Below, piece by piece: positions 26,201 to 39,128 of a DNA stretch of 64,000 nucleotides. The stretch lies in NCBI RefSeq assembly GCF_006345805.1, contig NC_042998.1, positions 96,906,001 through 96,970,000 on the forward strand. Reading direction: 5' to 3'. The translations under genes and the position numbers were made by a program. The notes under the pieces are model-generated. The model made no database searches and was not told the origin of the DNA. It worked only from the letters and a program-made list of their open reading frames with translations. Each line of letters begins with the position of its first letter. Position 1 is the first letter of the stretch. Source of the stretch: Octopus sinensis. Its lineage: Eukaryota.

Positions 26201-29200
26201 TATTGACTTTAATGTCTACTTTTCCATACTTGTATGGGTCAGACATGAGTCATTGAGGTAAATTTTTTAAGGCCAGATAATTCTTATCACCAGTTGTTTC
26301 CAAGCAAATTAATATTTTCTCCAGGTTCAGACAGGGTTTCGTGGGGAATTGCAAATAAACAACATCGTTTGCATGATGGCAATGTTTGTACACAATTAGC
26401 ACAGAATGTCAAAACAAGGAAACAGAAACACCCTTACACACACACATGATAGGCTTCTTTCTAGTTTCCACCTATCAAACTTATTCAAAAGACTTTGGTT
26501 GGTCCAGAGTAGAAGAAACTTTCCCAAGGTACTGTGCAATGAGACTGAACCCAAAACTATGTAGTTGTAAACCAGACTTTTTAATCACTTAGCTATGACT
26601 GCACTTAAATGGGAGTCATAAAAGCACAGACATGGCTGTGTGGTTAAGAAGTTCACTTTGCAACTACAAGTAAATGAAAACATAGGCAAATAAACATCCA
26701 ACAAGATTCATACAAGCAGGCCAGTAGCTGACTAACCTATAGATGTAGTGTGGAATTAAGTCATTGATAAGATTGTAAATGTATGATGAAACTTTTTGAA
26801 ACTTTAAGAAGCAATATTCTTTTCTACTCTAGGTACAAGGCCCCAAATTGGGGGGCATTCGATTAGATCAACCCGAGTACGCAACTGGTACTTAATTTAT
26901 CAGCCCTGAAAGGATGAAAGGCCAAGTCGAACTTGGTGGAATTTGAACTCAGAATGTAAAGACAGACGAAATACTGCTAAACATTTTGCCCAGTGTGCTA
27001 ATGCTTCGGCCAGCTCGTCACCTTTTTTTAAGAAACAATATTATCAAGAAATGAAACAGAAATAAATATAATGGTCTGTGCAGTGGAATGTGAAAAGCAC
27101 CTAGTACATGTTGTAAAGTGGTTGGTATTAGGAAGGGCATCAAGCTGTAGAAACCATGCCAAAACAGGCACTGGTACATGAAGCAGTTCAAAGAATGCAT
27201 CAAATCCTGTCAAACAAGTGAACCCATGCCATGAACATTAAATGATAATGATGATGATGATATGTGTTTTAAAACAGCTAACAGGTCTCTTCCGTTGTTT
27301 AGTTGTTTCAGTTTCAACACACAATCTCAGATCAAGTCCCTTGTCAAGTAAATACAACTTCCAAATTATTTTAAGCTTCCATTAAATAATATACAAGAAA
27401 TTTGCAAAAACTTTAACCAATTATACGCACTCTTCCTTAGCTTGGTCTTTCTCTCCAATTATCTGTTGTAGTTTAACACGTAGAGCCAGGATTTCTTCAT
27501 TTTTAGTTTTAATCTGAATTACTAGACCAGACATAGCTTCATCTCGCTCAGCAATTAAATCTTCAAGGGCAGACATATGTATCATCTGAAGTGAAAGAAA
27601 AGAGAAACCAACAATTCATTTCATTAAAATATAATTTACAATTCAATGTCAGATATAATACTTTTTAGTTATAATTTTTGGTTTGATAATCAAAACTATA
27701 TTTATATTACATAATACACTCACTACAGAATTTATAATCAGAAAGTCCAATAGATTTATAGATTTATGTTTGGAAGTCACTAATACATTACATGTATTTT
27801 TCACCAAGAGTTGAAACCCTACTGTTCCTTATACAGCCAAAGCATATTGTATGATTTTGATTTTTCCAGTTTCAGCTAATGAGCTGTGGCCATGCTGAAT
27901 TTATCATGGAATATATTTTTATACATTTCAAAGACTTGCCAGTTGTTATAACAAAGTATACAAGATAGATACGATCAATGTAAGGTAATTGTTACTACTC
28001 ATGGTTTATTAGTGTGTGAAGTCTAAACACAGAGAGAAACAATTGAAGTGGAATAGTTTAATGCTGAATTAGTTTTAGTCTCCTAAATATTTCTTTGGTG
28101 CAATTTGATATATAATTTAACATCCACTTTCCATGCTAGCATGGGTTGGACGATTTGACTGAGGACTGGCAAACCAGATGGCTGCACCAGGCTCCAATCT
28201 GATCTGGCAGAGTTTCTACAGCTGAATGTCCTTCCTAACACCAACCACTCCAAGAGTGTAGTGGGTGCTTTTACGTGCCACCAGCATGAGGGCCAGTCAG
28301 GCAGTACTGGCAACAGCCACACTCAAATGGTGTTCTTTACGTGCCACCTGCACAGGAGCTAGTCCAGCAGCACTGGCAATGACCTCGCTCGAATATTTTT
28401 TCACATGCCACCAGCACAAGTGCCAATAAGGTGATGCTAGTAATGATCACACTCAAATGGTGCTTTTTACGTGCCATCGGCACAGAAGCCAGTTTAGCTG
28501 CTCTGGCAACAATCACACTCGGATGGTGCTCTTAGTGCGCCACTAGCACGGATGCCAGTCATCGAATTTGATTTCGATAATCATTGGTTTAAGTTATTGA
28601 GTACTTCACAATTTTTACTGTACTCTTTATATACAATAATAATATATGAAGTTAATTCATTAAGTTATTTGACTAGAAAGAAGACTATATTAATTAGCTG
28701 ATAACAGGCAAAATGCAGATATCAGTAATGGCATATTTGCTGTTGGCAGGATTTATATATGAGTCTTCTTTAAAATATCTTATTTACAAAATATTTACCT
28801 GCTTTTTGAAAGCTTCATCTTTGCTAGATTTATTAACCAGTTCTGTAGCTGCTTCTTTAAACTTCATATAAGATCTATCAGCATTCTCTTGCATTTTTAA
28901 CTGCATAGACCGCAATTCTTCAAAATGTTTTTGGGTCATTTTTTCCATATCCTCATGGGCAGTTTTCAAAAGCTCTTGAAGATTCTTTATAGATTCTTCT
29001 TTCAGCTGGATCCTTGCCTAAAAATAGAAACCAGATTAAAAATATGGAATGTTTTCATTATCAATTAGTTAGATTATGTCATTAGATGATGCTTACAAAG
29101 AATATGTTAATAGCAACTGTAAATGTCTGTTGTCAATAGTTTTAGTGTTGTAAGCTATACTCAGTTTTTAATTCAATTGAAAATATGAATGTTGCTAACC

Positions 29201-32200
29201 TTAAGACTTGAAACAGCACAATGTGCAACTTTAATAGCTTGCTGGGTTTCAAAATGACCTTCATTGGATTCTTCCTTCTTATTCTTTGATACACTGAGAT
29301 TTTTAAGGAAAATATTACGATCCACGGTAGCTGGCATCTGAAGCCGTATCTCAGCAATTAGTTTGTCTTTAGCAATGAGATTTGCTTCAGCCTCCTGAGC
29401 TACAGCTTGCAGTTGTTCAACTCTCTAAATTAGTATTAAAATAATTGAATAATTTTTAGTTCAAAGACAAATAAATCACCATCAACATCGAAATTGTTCA
29501 TGAACAATGAAACACAAAGGTAATATTTTTACTGTTTACTGAGATGAAAGATTATAAATTTAAAAGTAAGAAATAATTTCTATTAGTAATTTTAATAATA
29601 TTCTAATTTTAATAAAACCTGTTTTTAGACTGTTCTTCTTTCAGCATTACATTAATTCTTTTTTTTATCCAACCTTCTCTCTCAGTTCCAGTTCTATTAG
29701 TGATACATGCATGTTAGACACAGACATGTCTATAACCTCAACTGGCAAACATCTCTGAGTTAAATTTTGCATGAGATGATCTCATGTATATCTAACCAAC
29801 AAACTGTTTTAAAATAAATAACAACATAGCACACATCAAGCAGATGATATGCAAAACCTTCTATCCCCATCAGTACACTTGACAGCACAATCTACTGTCA
29901 TGCTCACAACCTTAGCTGCTTTAGTGAACTCACCCTTCTCTCACTACCACTTATTGAAAACCTTTACCACCACTATGGGAAGACATGATTCCTCAGCCCT
30001 ATTGACCTTTAGAAGAGGATAATTCATTCATTATCATTTGAGAAATCAAAAAGTAGCATTTTATCTATACACGCATCCCCAATACTGACAAATGTGACCA
30101 GCTAATTTTAGTCAATTAGTATTTAATAGCTTCATAACTAAATCTTCATCCCACCTCATTTAATATCATGAAAAAAAGCCTCATTTACTACCTACATTCT
30201 CCTACTGCCTAACACCATATAAACAGTCTCGGTAACAGTTATGCACCCACCCCTCTCCTTAACTGGAGATCAAGCTAATATATGTTTTCCATTACTATTC
30301 ACATTTGCCACTAACTGGAATATCTATTTAGTGAAGATTGAAGACAAGCTATGATATGAGGCCATTCCTATTATATCCTACCCTTAGAAATTACATTATA
30401 TTTTTATATAAACATTAGCCATGTATATGTTACAAACATCAAACGGCAGTTGCTGAAATTGGTGAGTTGGACATCTAAAATTATACTGACTTAGATGTCT
30501 TGAATGAAGCACTTTCCCTTAATAACCAAGCTGGCACCATGACTGCAGTCATTTCTTTGGAATATCTTTTTAACTGAAGATTGAAGGCACAACATAAGAT
30601 ATATCATGTTAACATATTCACATGTCCTAACAGCACAGGCATTCTTGCTATTAGCTCTACTTAGGTCCATTTGCCCTAACAATAAGTCCCTCTTTGGTAG
30701 ACAAATGTACCTACACCTAGTACCATGGTAACAAACCAAGACTATCACTGTTAGGCCTCCCTCTTCCCATAACAAAGACAAAATCTTTGCTTCCTTATCT
30801 CCATAAGAAATTACCAATAAAAATTCTTTTAGTTTAGTGATAAAAGCCTAAAAATTGTTTATTGCCTGGAAGAATATATCTCTCCCATTAAATACGATAA
30901 CTTCTCAAAAGCTCAACATTCTCCTTTATACAGAGTTATGCCACTCATACAGCCACATATGTGTTACATTGCTACACTAGTAGCAATACTTTCCCTTTTT
31001 ACACCACCCACAGTGAAATTAATCTGTCTAGTAGGGTGGGCACTTAGAGCAAAACTAACACTGTTCAAAATCACAAGGAAGAGATGTGGAGTTTGTAAGC
31101 TGCAGCTATGACAATCCATTGAAGAGAACCCTCACTCTGAATAATAACTAACAGAGTGTAGAAGGGATTCTTTAATCCCAGCAGACAGGCTCTCTAGAAC
31201 CTATGGCATAAAAAATTGCACTATGAAGTGGTTGGTAATAGCAGGGATATCAAGCTGTAAAAAAAAGACATCAAAACTTGATCGTCAAATCAATGCAAAA
31301 ACAAAGGGCTACAGACATTAGTATGATGAAAAGTGTGAACATCCCTTGACTGTCATCAAACTATTACACCATCAATACCCTTATTTTCAAAACAAGTTCC
31401 AAATAATCCCACCCTTTACCAAAACTTTTGGTCCTCTTGTCAAATGAAAATTGTATGACTTCCATTATCAATGTTTTCATGATGAAAGATAAGTCTTGAA
31501 AGATTGTGTTAAATGGTAGAGAGAAAGCAGGTGAGTGCTGTGTATGATATATGATGGAGAAGAACCTCATAAAGACTCCTAAAGGGAGTTATTTCATAAT
31601 ATTTAGGAAAGAAAAATATAATAATCAAGAATGTGAATTTATCAAGAATTTTGAACTGAATGTTCATTTCTAAACCATTCTTACCTTTTTAAGAACTTGA
31701 GATTGGGCTTTGGTGTCAGATATTTCTTTCATGTTCTGTTTTATAGTAACAATAGCATTTTCAAGTTGAACAGCCACAGGTTGGGAAGTATCTGGCAGTT
31801 TACCAAAGTTTTTATTAAACTAAAAGTTAAAAATAAAAAAAAAAGAATCTATCAGGATTACATCTTTCAACTAAATATATATAACATAAACTGAATCACT
31901 TTTTCATAAAAAACAGTTTATCTCCAAACTATTATGTTGCTTGCCTTCCCTGTGTTCCGGGGTGAGACTGCCAGGACTCTCCAGATGGACAGATTTGTTT
32001 GAGGATGAAAAACCTGAAAAGCCCTCACCATCAAACCTTAATGGACCAAAAAATTTAAAATCTGAGGTGGAACATACCATCAAGATAACAAGAAAAGGTA
32101 AAACTCCAGGACCAGATACTGATACAGTTAGAGATTGACAAGTATGAAACTGATGTAATTGAAAATGAGATTCTGTTTTCCAATCATTTACTGACTGATA

Positions 32201-35200
32201 AGATTCATTAACAGTTTCAGAACTGTCAGCCTTATGAAATGAACAAAGTAGATGGAGCAATATAGATCAGAAACATTTTGTATGGGTTCACTTTCCAATT
32301 ATAAGAACCATACTGATACACCTCATATACTAGGCCTTGCTAAAAAAAAAATAATAATAATAATAAAAAAACAGTATCTGTAAAGTACTGTTTTGCAGTG
32401 AAAATAAAGGTTAAATTAGATTCAGGAAAGTCAAGAATGTTAATACTCTGGAAGTTATTAGAATTGGTTGGAATTACTGTTAGAATCATGTATTCAGTCA
32501 ATAGCAAATTTTGATGGAGAAGTAGTGATAAAATCATTCATTTTGCCTCTTCCATTCTTTTCTTAAATATTTGAAGTTTGCACCTAAACATTATTTTCAT
32601 ATTGTGCTAAATAATAGACATGTAGACTAATTAGAGGCACTTTTAGAAGTTTTATGTCAAGACTGTTTTCAGTTGTCCATATATGCTACAAGTGTGGGCA
32701 TCAAAACACATTGAAATTTATATACAGAGTTTATAATGCAAAATATCCATTTTACAATACATGTGTTTATAAACTGCAAAATATGTTGATAATGAAACCC
32801 ATGACCAGAATGCATCAGTTATTAGGACCATTTTCAGCCTATGTTCCAGTATGGCCTTAGCAGTGAACGTTAAAACAAACTAAAGAACTAATGTTTTATT
32901 GTTTAATATCTAAAGTTAACTTATTAAAGCAATAACTTTCCATTTAGGAAAATGACCAGAGGAAACAAATTGATAACCAAACAATGGAAATTTATTCAAA
33001 GAAAACTAATAAGTTACTATACTTACCTGTGCAGTTGCAGAAGTAAAATCTGAAGCTTGTTTTTCCAAATTACTTATTGTCCTCTCTAACTCTTGTTCTC
33101 GGAATTCCCAGTCAAGTTGATGCTTTTCAAATTCTTTAGATAACTTTACATTTTTACGTTCTAAATCAGCTATAGCCACTTCTTGATTTTTTATGGTTTT
33201 TTCATAGAGTGATATCTAAAAGGGAAACAAAGAAATATCTGAGAGTATTCATCATCATCATCATCATCATCATCGTTTAACGTCCGTTTTCCATGCTAGC
33301 ATGGGTTGGACGGTTCAACTGGGGTCTGGGAAGCCAGGAGTCTGCGCCAGGCCCAGTCTGATCTGGCAGTGTTTCTACAGCTGGATGCCCTTCCTAACGC
33401 CAACCACTCCAAGAGTGTAGTGGGTGCTTTTTATGTGCCACCTGCACAGGTGCCAGACGAGGCTGGCAAACGGCCACGATCGGATGGTTCTTTTTACGTG
33501 CCACCGGCACAGGGGCCAGACGAGGCTGGCAACGGCCACAATCGGATGGTGTTTTTTACGTGCCACCAGCACGGAGGCCAGTCGGGGCGGCACTGGCAAC
33601 GACTACGTTCGGACGGTTCTCTTATGTGCCACCGGCACTGGTATCTCAGCTACAATTTCCATTGATGTTGAGAGATTTTGATTTCAATTTTGATTTTCAT
33701 TTTGATTTTCATTTTCACTTGCCTCAACAGGTCTTCACAAGTAGGGTTTGTGTCACAAGAAGGAACGGTATGCATAAGTGGGCTGGCTACGTCCCAGGTA
33801 GCGGCCACGGGTATGGTCTCACTTGTCCTGCCGGGTCTTCCCACGCACAGCATACTTCCAAAGGTCTCGGTCTCTGGTCATTTCCTCGGTGAGACCAAAA
33901 GTTCGAAAGTCGTTCTTCACCACCTCATCCCAGGTTTTCCTGGGTTTACCTCTTCCACAGGTTCCCTCAACCACCAGGGTGTGGCACTTTTTCACACAAC
34001 TATCTTCATCCATGCTACTGACTTGGTCACCTAGGTAACGGAAGCTATCAACTACTTCTAGTTTTTCTCCCTGGAATGTGGTGAAAGTTGGTCTCTGAGC
34101 ATTTTCAGTGTTTATTGCTCCTGAGCATCTGCCACATACAAAGACTATCTTCCCAGTTAGCCTTCCTTTGACATTGCTGCACCTCTTATGTGTCCATAGC
34201 TTACACTTGGAGCATCTTATAGGAGTTTCTACCTATGCCTTTTCTACAGATCGAGCAGGGCCATCTACCTGAAGGAGTTTGTGATTTGCCTGCCTTCCTA
34301 CATATTAAGACTTTGGTTTTAGCCAGGTTGATTTTAAGGCCCTTCGATTCTAATCCTTGTCTCCACACTTGAAACTTTGCCTCTAGTTCTGATAGTGACT
34401 CAGCAATTAGAGCAAGGTCATCAGCGTATAGGAGCTTCCAGGGGCATCCTGTCTTGAATTCCTCCGTTATTGCCTGGAGGACTATGATAAATAGGAGGGG
34501 ACTGAGGACTGAACCTTGGTGGACCCCTACCTCTACTTTGAATTTTTTAGTGTACTCATTGCCAACCCTCACCTTACTTACAGTGTCTCTGTACACGGCT
34601 TGCACAGCTCTCACTAACCATTCATCTATCCCTAGTTTCCTCATTGACCACCAGATAAGGGATCGGGGGACTCTGTCAAAGGCTTTCTCCATGTCAACGA
34701 AAGCCAAGAAAAAGGGCTTATCCTTGGCTAGGTATTTCTCCTGCAGCTGTCTCACTAGAAATATGGCATCAGTGGTGCTTTTTCCTGGCACGAAACCAAA
34801 CTGCATCTCATCCAAGCTGACTCTCTCCCTAATCAGTTGGGCTATGACCCTCTCCGTAACCTTCATTACCTGATCCAACAGTTTGATACCTCTGTAATTA
34901 TTTGTATCTAAAGCGTCACCCTTACCTTTGTAACAGTTGACTATTATGCTGCTACACCAGTCATTGGGTATGACTCCTTCATGTATCACCTGGTTAACTA
35001 TACGGGTGACTAGGCTATAGCCGACACTACCAGATATTTTAAGCATCTCTGCAGTAATTCCTGATGGGCCTGGGGTTTTCCCTGTCTTCATGCTACTAAT
35101 TGCCTTAACTACTAAGGTACTGTCAACTCGGATAGCTAGTCCCTCTGTTGGATCGACATTCGGCAAACTCTCTTTATCCCATTCATTTTCCTTATTTAGC

Positions 35201-38200
35201 AGCCTCTCATAATGATGTCTCCAAACCTCTCTCTTTGCATCCTTATTTAGGATGCAAGGATGCAAAGAGAGAGGTTTGGAGACATCAATATTATATGAAA
35301 TATACAAATAGACTTCTTTTTAGCCAGTCAAAAAGAAAAAAGAAAAAAAGAAATGAAAATCTGTTGCAACAGTAGCTTCAGTAACCATAAGAAGTTGGTA
35401 TTTCTCTTTTGCTTATCAAGCTGAGCATTTATCTAAGAATGTCCTTGAGCATTTATCTAACAATGCCCTTGATAATTATCATACTTAAAATTGAGAGATA
35501 GAATAATGAGCACCAAGTTACATACACAATGTCCACTGCATCCTATTCTGTTACATATTAAATACATAACAGGTTATGACCAGTGAGTGGCTGTGTGCTA
35601 AGTAGCTTGCTTACCAACCACATGGTTCCGGGTTCAGTCCCACTGCATGGCACCTTGGGCAAAGTGTCTTCTACAATAGAATAGGGCCGACCAGAGCCTA
35701 GTGAGTGGATTTGGTAGACGGAAACTGAAAGAAGCCTATCATGTGTGTGTGTGTGTGTGTGTGCATGCATGTGTTTGTGTGTCTGTGTTTGTCTCCAACA
35801 TTGCTTGATAACCGATGCTGGTGTGTTTACGTCCCTGTAATTTAGTGGTTCAGCAAAGGAGACAAATAGAATAAGTACTAGGCTTACAAAGAATAAGTCC
35901 TGGGGTCAATTTGCTCGACTAAAGGCAGTGCTCCAGCATGGCTGAAGTCAGATGACTGAAACAAGTAAAAGAATTGATGGCTATAATAGTTAGTAGCCAT
36001 TTTGCTCTACTAACTATTATAGTCATCAATATGTGAAGGAAACATTATTGCTGTGGATCAGTGAGTGTAAACATATTTTAATTTTATTTTATTTTCCATA
36101 CAACCAATTTCATTTTTTAAAATAACCCATAATTTTTCTATCATATAACATGTTGGATTGAGCAAGCGCATTTTCAGATGTTAAAAATTTCAAGGAAATA
36201 ACATTATTCTGTGTAATGAACCTTTACTTGTTTCCAAGTGATAAAAGATTTTCTTCTTTGATTCCAGACCTCTTTGAAAGCATAAGCTAAATGGTTAAAA
36301 CATCAACATCAGTTGGCTTAATGAAAACACATCCAGCCTTTCAGTTGTTTGTTGTTTGAAGGACTAAGGAAAACATTACCTTACTTAGAAAGAGGTGAGG
36401 TTTGGCAGCAGAAAGAGCATTGAGCCATAGAAAATTTGCCTCAACAAGTTTTGTAAATGATTCATACAAACATGGAGAAGTAAACATTAAAACAATGATG
36501 CTGAAGATAAGACGTATTACCTGTTCTTGTAATCTTGATATTTGACGGGTTTGTTTCATTTGACTCAATCGTAAGGTTTCCATCTTTGAATGCCATTCTG
36601 CCACCTTCTTAACCCCTTCATGACCTCCCTTAATTGTTATCTCTTTCATCTCTTCCTTCCCCAACTGGAGAAGTTCTAACTCTGCCAATTTATCCTCCAC
36701 TTGCCTGCGTTGTTCCTTAACCTGTAATGAAGATATATTACCAAATTTTAAAATACAATATATATAGATCTAACAGCATGTGTAAAATTACAACCATAAA
36801 CATGATTTTTAACACTATATTTTAGATATTTTAAATAACCATTTGGTATTTATTTTCTTTGTTGTAGACATGAATCAATTTCTTCTTATTACATTAAGAT
36901 TTACCTCGTTAAAGATATGCATATTTTCCTCATTGTATTATCAACTTCATCTTGAGTTAATTTTTATCAGATGTTTGTATTGCATTTTGTAGCATAGAAA
37001 AAATGTTATACTTGAGTAAGTTGTGAATGAAAAAATATATAATATACAGATAACAGTTTCAAATTTTGGCATGAAGCCAGCATATGATATAGAGATAATA
37101 TAACCAAAGAGCATACTATAGAATCACTTGGAATATTTTACATGTCTTTCAAGTGCGCAAAGAGCACTGAAACAGAAAATGTACATTCTGTTAAACTACT
37201 AAGGATATTTATTTCTTTATTGCCCATAGATGGCTAAACATAGAGGGGGCAAACAAGGATAGACAAATGAATTAAGTTGATTACACTGGTACTTATTTAA
37301 TTAACCCCAAATGGATGAAAGGCAAAGTCAACCTTCGCAGAATTTTAACTCAGAAAGTAAAGGCAAACGAAATACCGCTGGGCATTCTGCCCGGCATGCT
37401 AACGATTCTGCCAGCCCACTGCCCAAAACAACTAAGGATATTGCTAATTTGAAAACTTATGAAGGTGAACCTGATGACAATTATGTGGTTACAAAGAAAT
37501 GTTTAGGGAACATATATCTTTACTGCTGATAGTAAAGATATGTGTATGTGTGAGTATGTGTTTGTGTGTGGGTGTGTGAATGTGATGTATGATGTGTATG
37601 TATCTGATGTGTATGTATCTGATGTGTATGTATCTGATGTGTATGTATCTGATGTGTATGTATCTGGTGGTGGTGGTATATGTGTAGTAATAAAACTTGA
37701 CATAACAAGTTTAACCCTTTTGATACCAACACACCTGAGACCACCCCTAGTTTTATGATATGAATTCTCAATTTTAAGGTGATCTAAATTAAAACTTCCA
37801 TCAAAATTTCATGTTAATTTATGTTCCAAACACCAGCTTAAAAATGGCAGGTATTTTAATACATTTTTTTATTATTTTAAAAATTAAGACAAAAGTAATG
37901 TATTCTGACAGAAATACAGTAACGAAAGGCTTAAAGAAGAGTAAATGTGTTATGTAAATCTATGTCAAACCAGTAGAGATAAAATCAAGTGGAAATTCGA
38001 TGTTCTTGGTTAGAATTAGAAATGAACAATGAGAAATACACAAAGAAACTGTGTTCATAAAGGAAAAGTGGTAAATCTAAGAGAACTACAACGATTGATA
38101 AGATAGTAATAATTATTTGATAAACAAAACTAATTCTACAAGAAAAATAGATTAGAAATAGGACAATTTTGAAACAGCAAGTATTAACTCCTGTCAGTGT

Positions 38201-39095
38201 ATAAAAGAAAGGTTTTATTATAAGTATGTTGATAATAATTGTTTCTAAGACACAAAATCTGGAATTTAGGAGTGGGATAAATGAATGAAATCAACCCTAG
38301 TACTTGACTGGTACTCTAATTTATTGGTCCCACAAGGACAAAAGGCAAAGTCAACCTTGCTGGGATTTGAACTTAGAACATAAAGAATGAGAATAAATAT
38401 CATAAAGCATTTTTCTGATGCTTTAACAATTCTGCCAATCCTCCACCCCTTAAAACATGTGTTATAATAACGTATATTGTTTCCATAATTACCAAACTTG
38501 AGAACTTATAGTTCAATCTGTAGGTGAATGTGATTATAAGGAAATTTATAATTACAGAGATCAATATTATTGTAATTTAATTATATTACTAAGTGAAAAT
38601 AGAACAGTAGAACAATTTTTAAAATTCCATGTTACTCTAGCAGAACAATTTAATTGTAAATACATAAATTGTAAATATATAAATTCTGTAAAACTGTCAA
38701 CAATAGCAAACACATCACATGGAGTGTGACAAGTTCTTTCAGACTGGTCAGTTTTCATTTAAATGCCCAAGCTGAGAGAGAGAGGCATGTCTTAGTGCTG
38801 GTAGTAATTTAGAGCTATCATAGACATTTCATCATCATTATCATCACCATCACCATCAACAACAAAATCATCATCATCATCATCATATCTACATCTGTAT
38901 GAGTCAGAAAGAGTGTTTTGTGGTATTTAGTTACATTCTGAGTACTAATTTCTCTAAAGTTGACTTTACCCTTCATCTTCCCAAGGTCAATAAAATAATG
39001 TGCCAGTTAAATACTGAATCTGATATGACTGATTGTTTCCCTAAGCTCAATAAATTTCTAGCCTTGTGCCTATGAAAGGAATTATCATTATTATT

Positions 39096-39128
<33 letters not shown>

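Noticed and set aside
29950-30950. Possible very old CR1/Jockey RT remnant
   Set aside because: Only faint motif echoes with many stops; cannot be supported without an HMM search.
37503-37771. ORFs with (TSDTY)n or (HQIHT)n repeats
   Set aside because: Translations of the 15-bp minisatellite; no splice or homology support.
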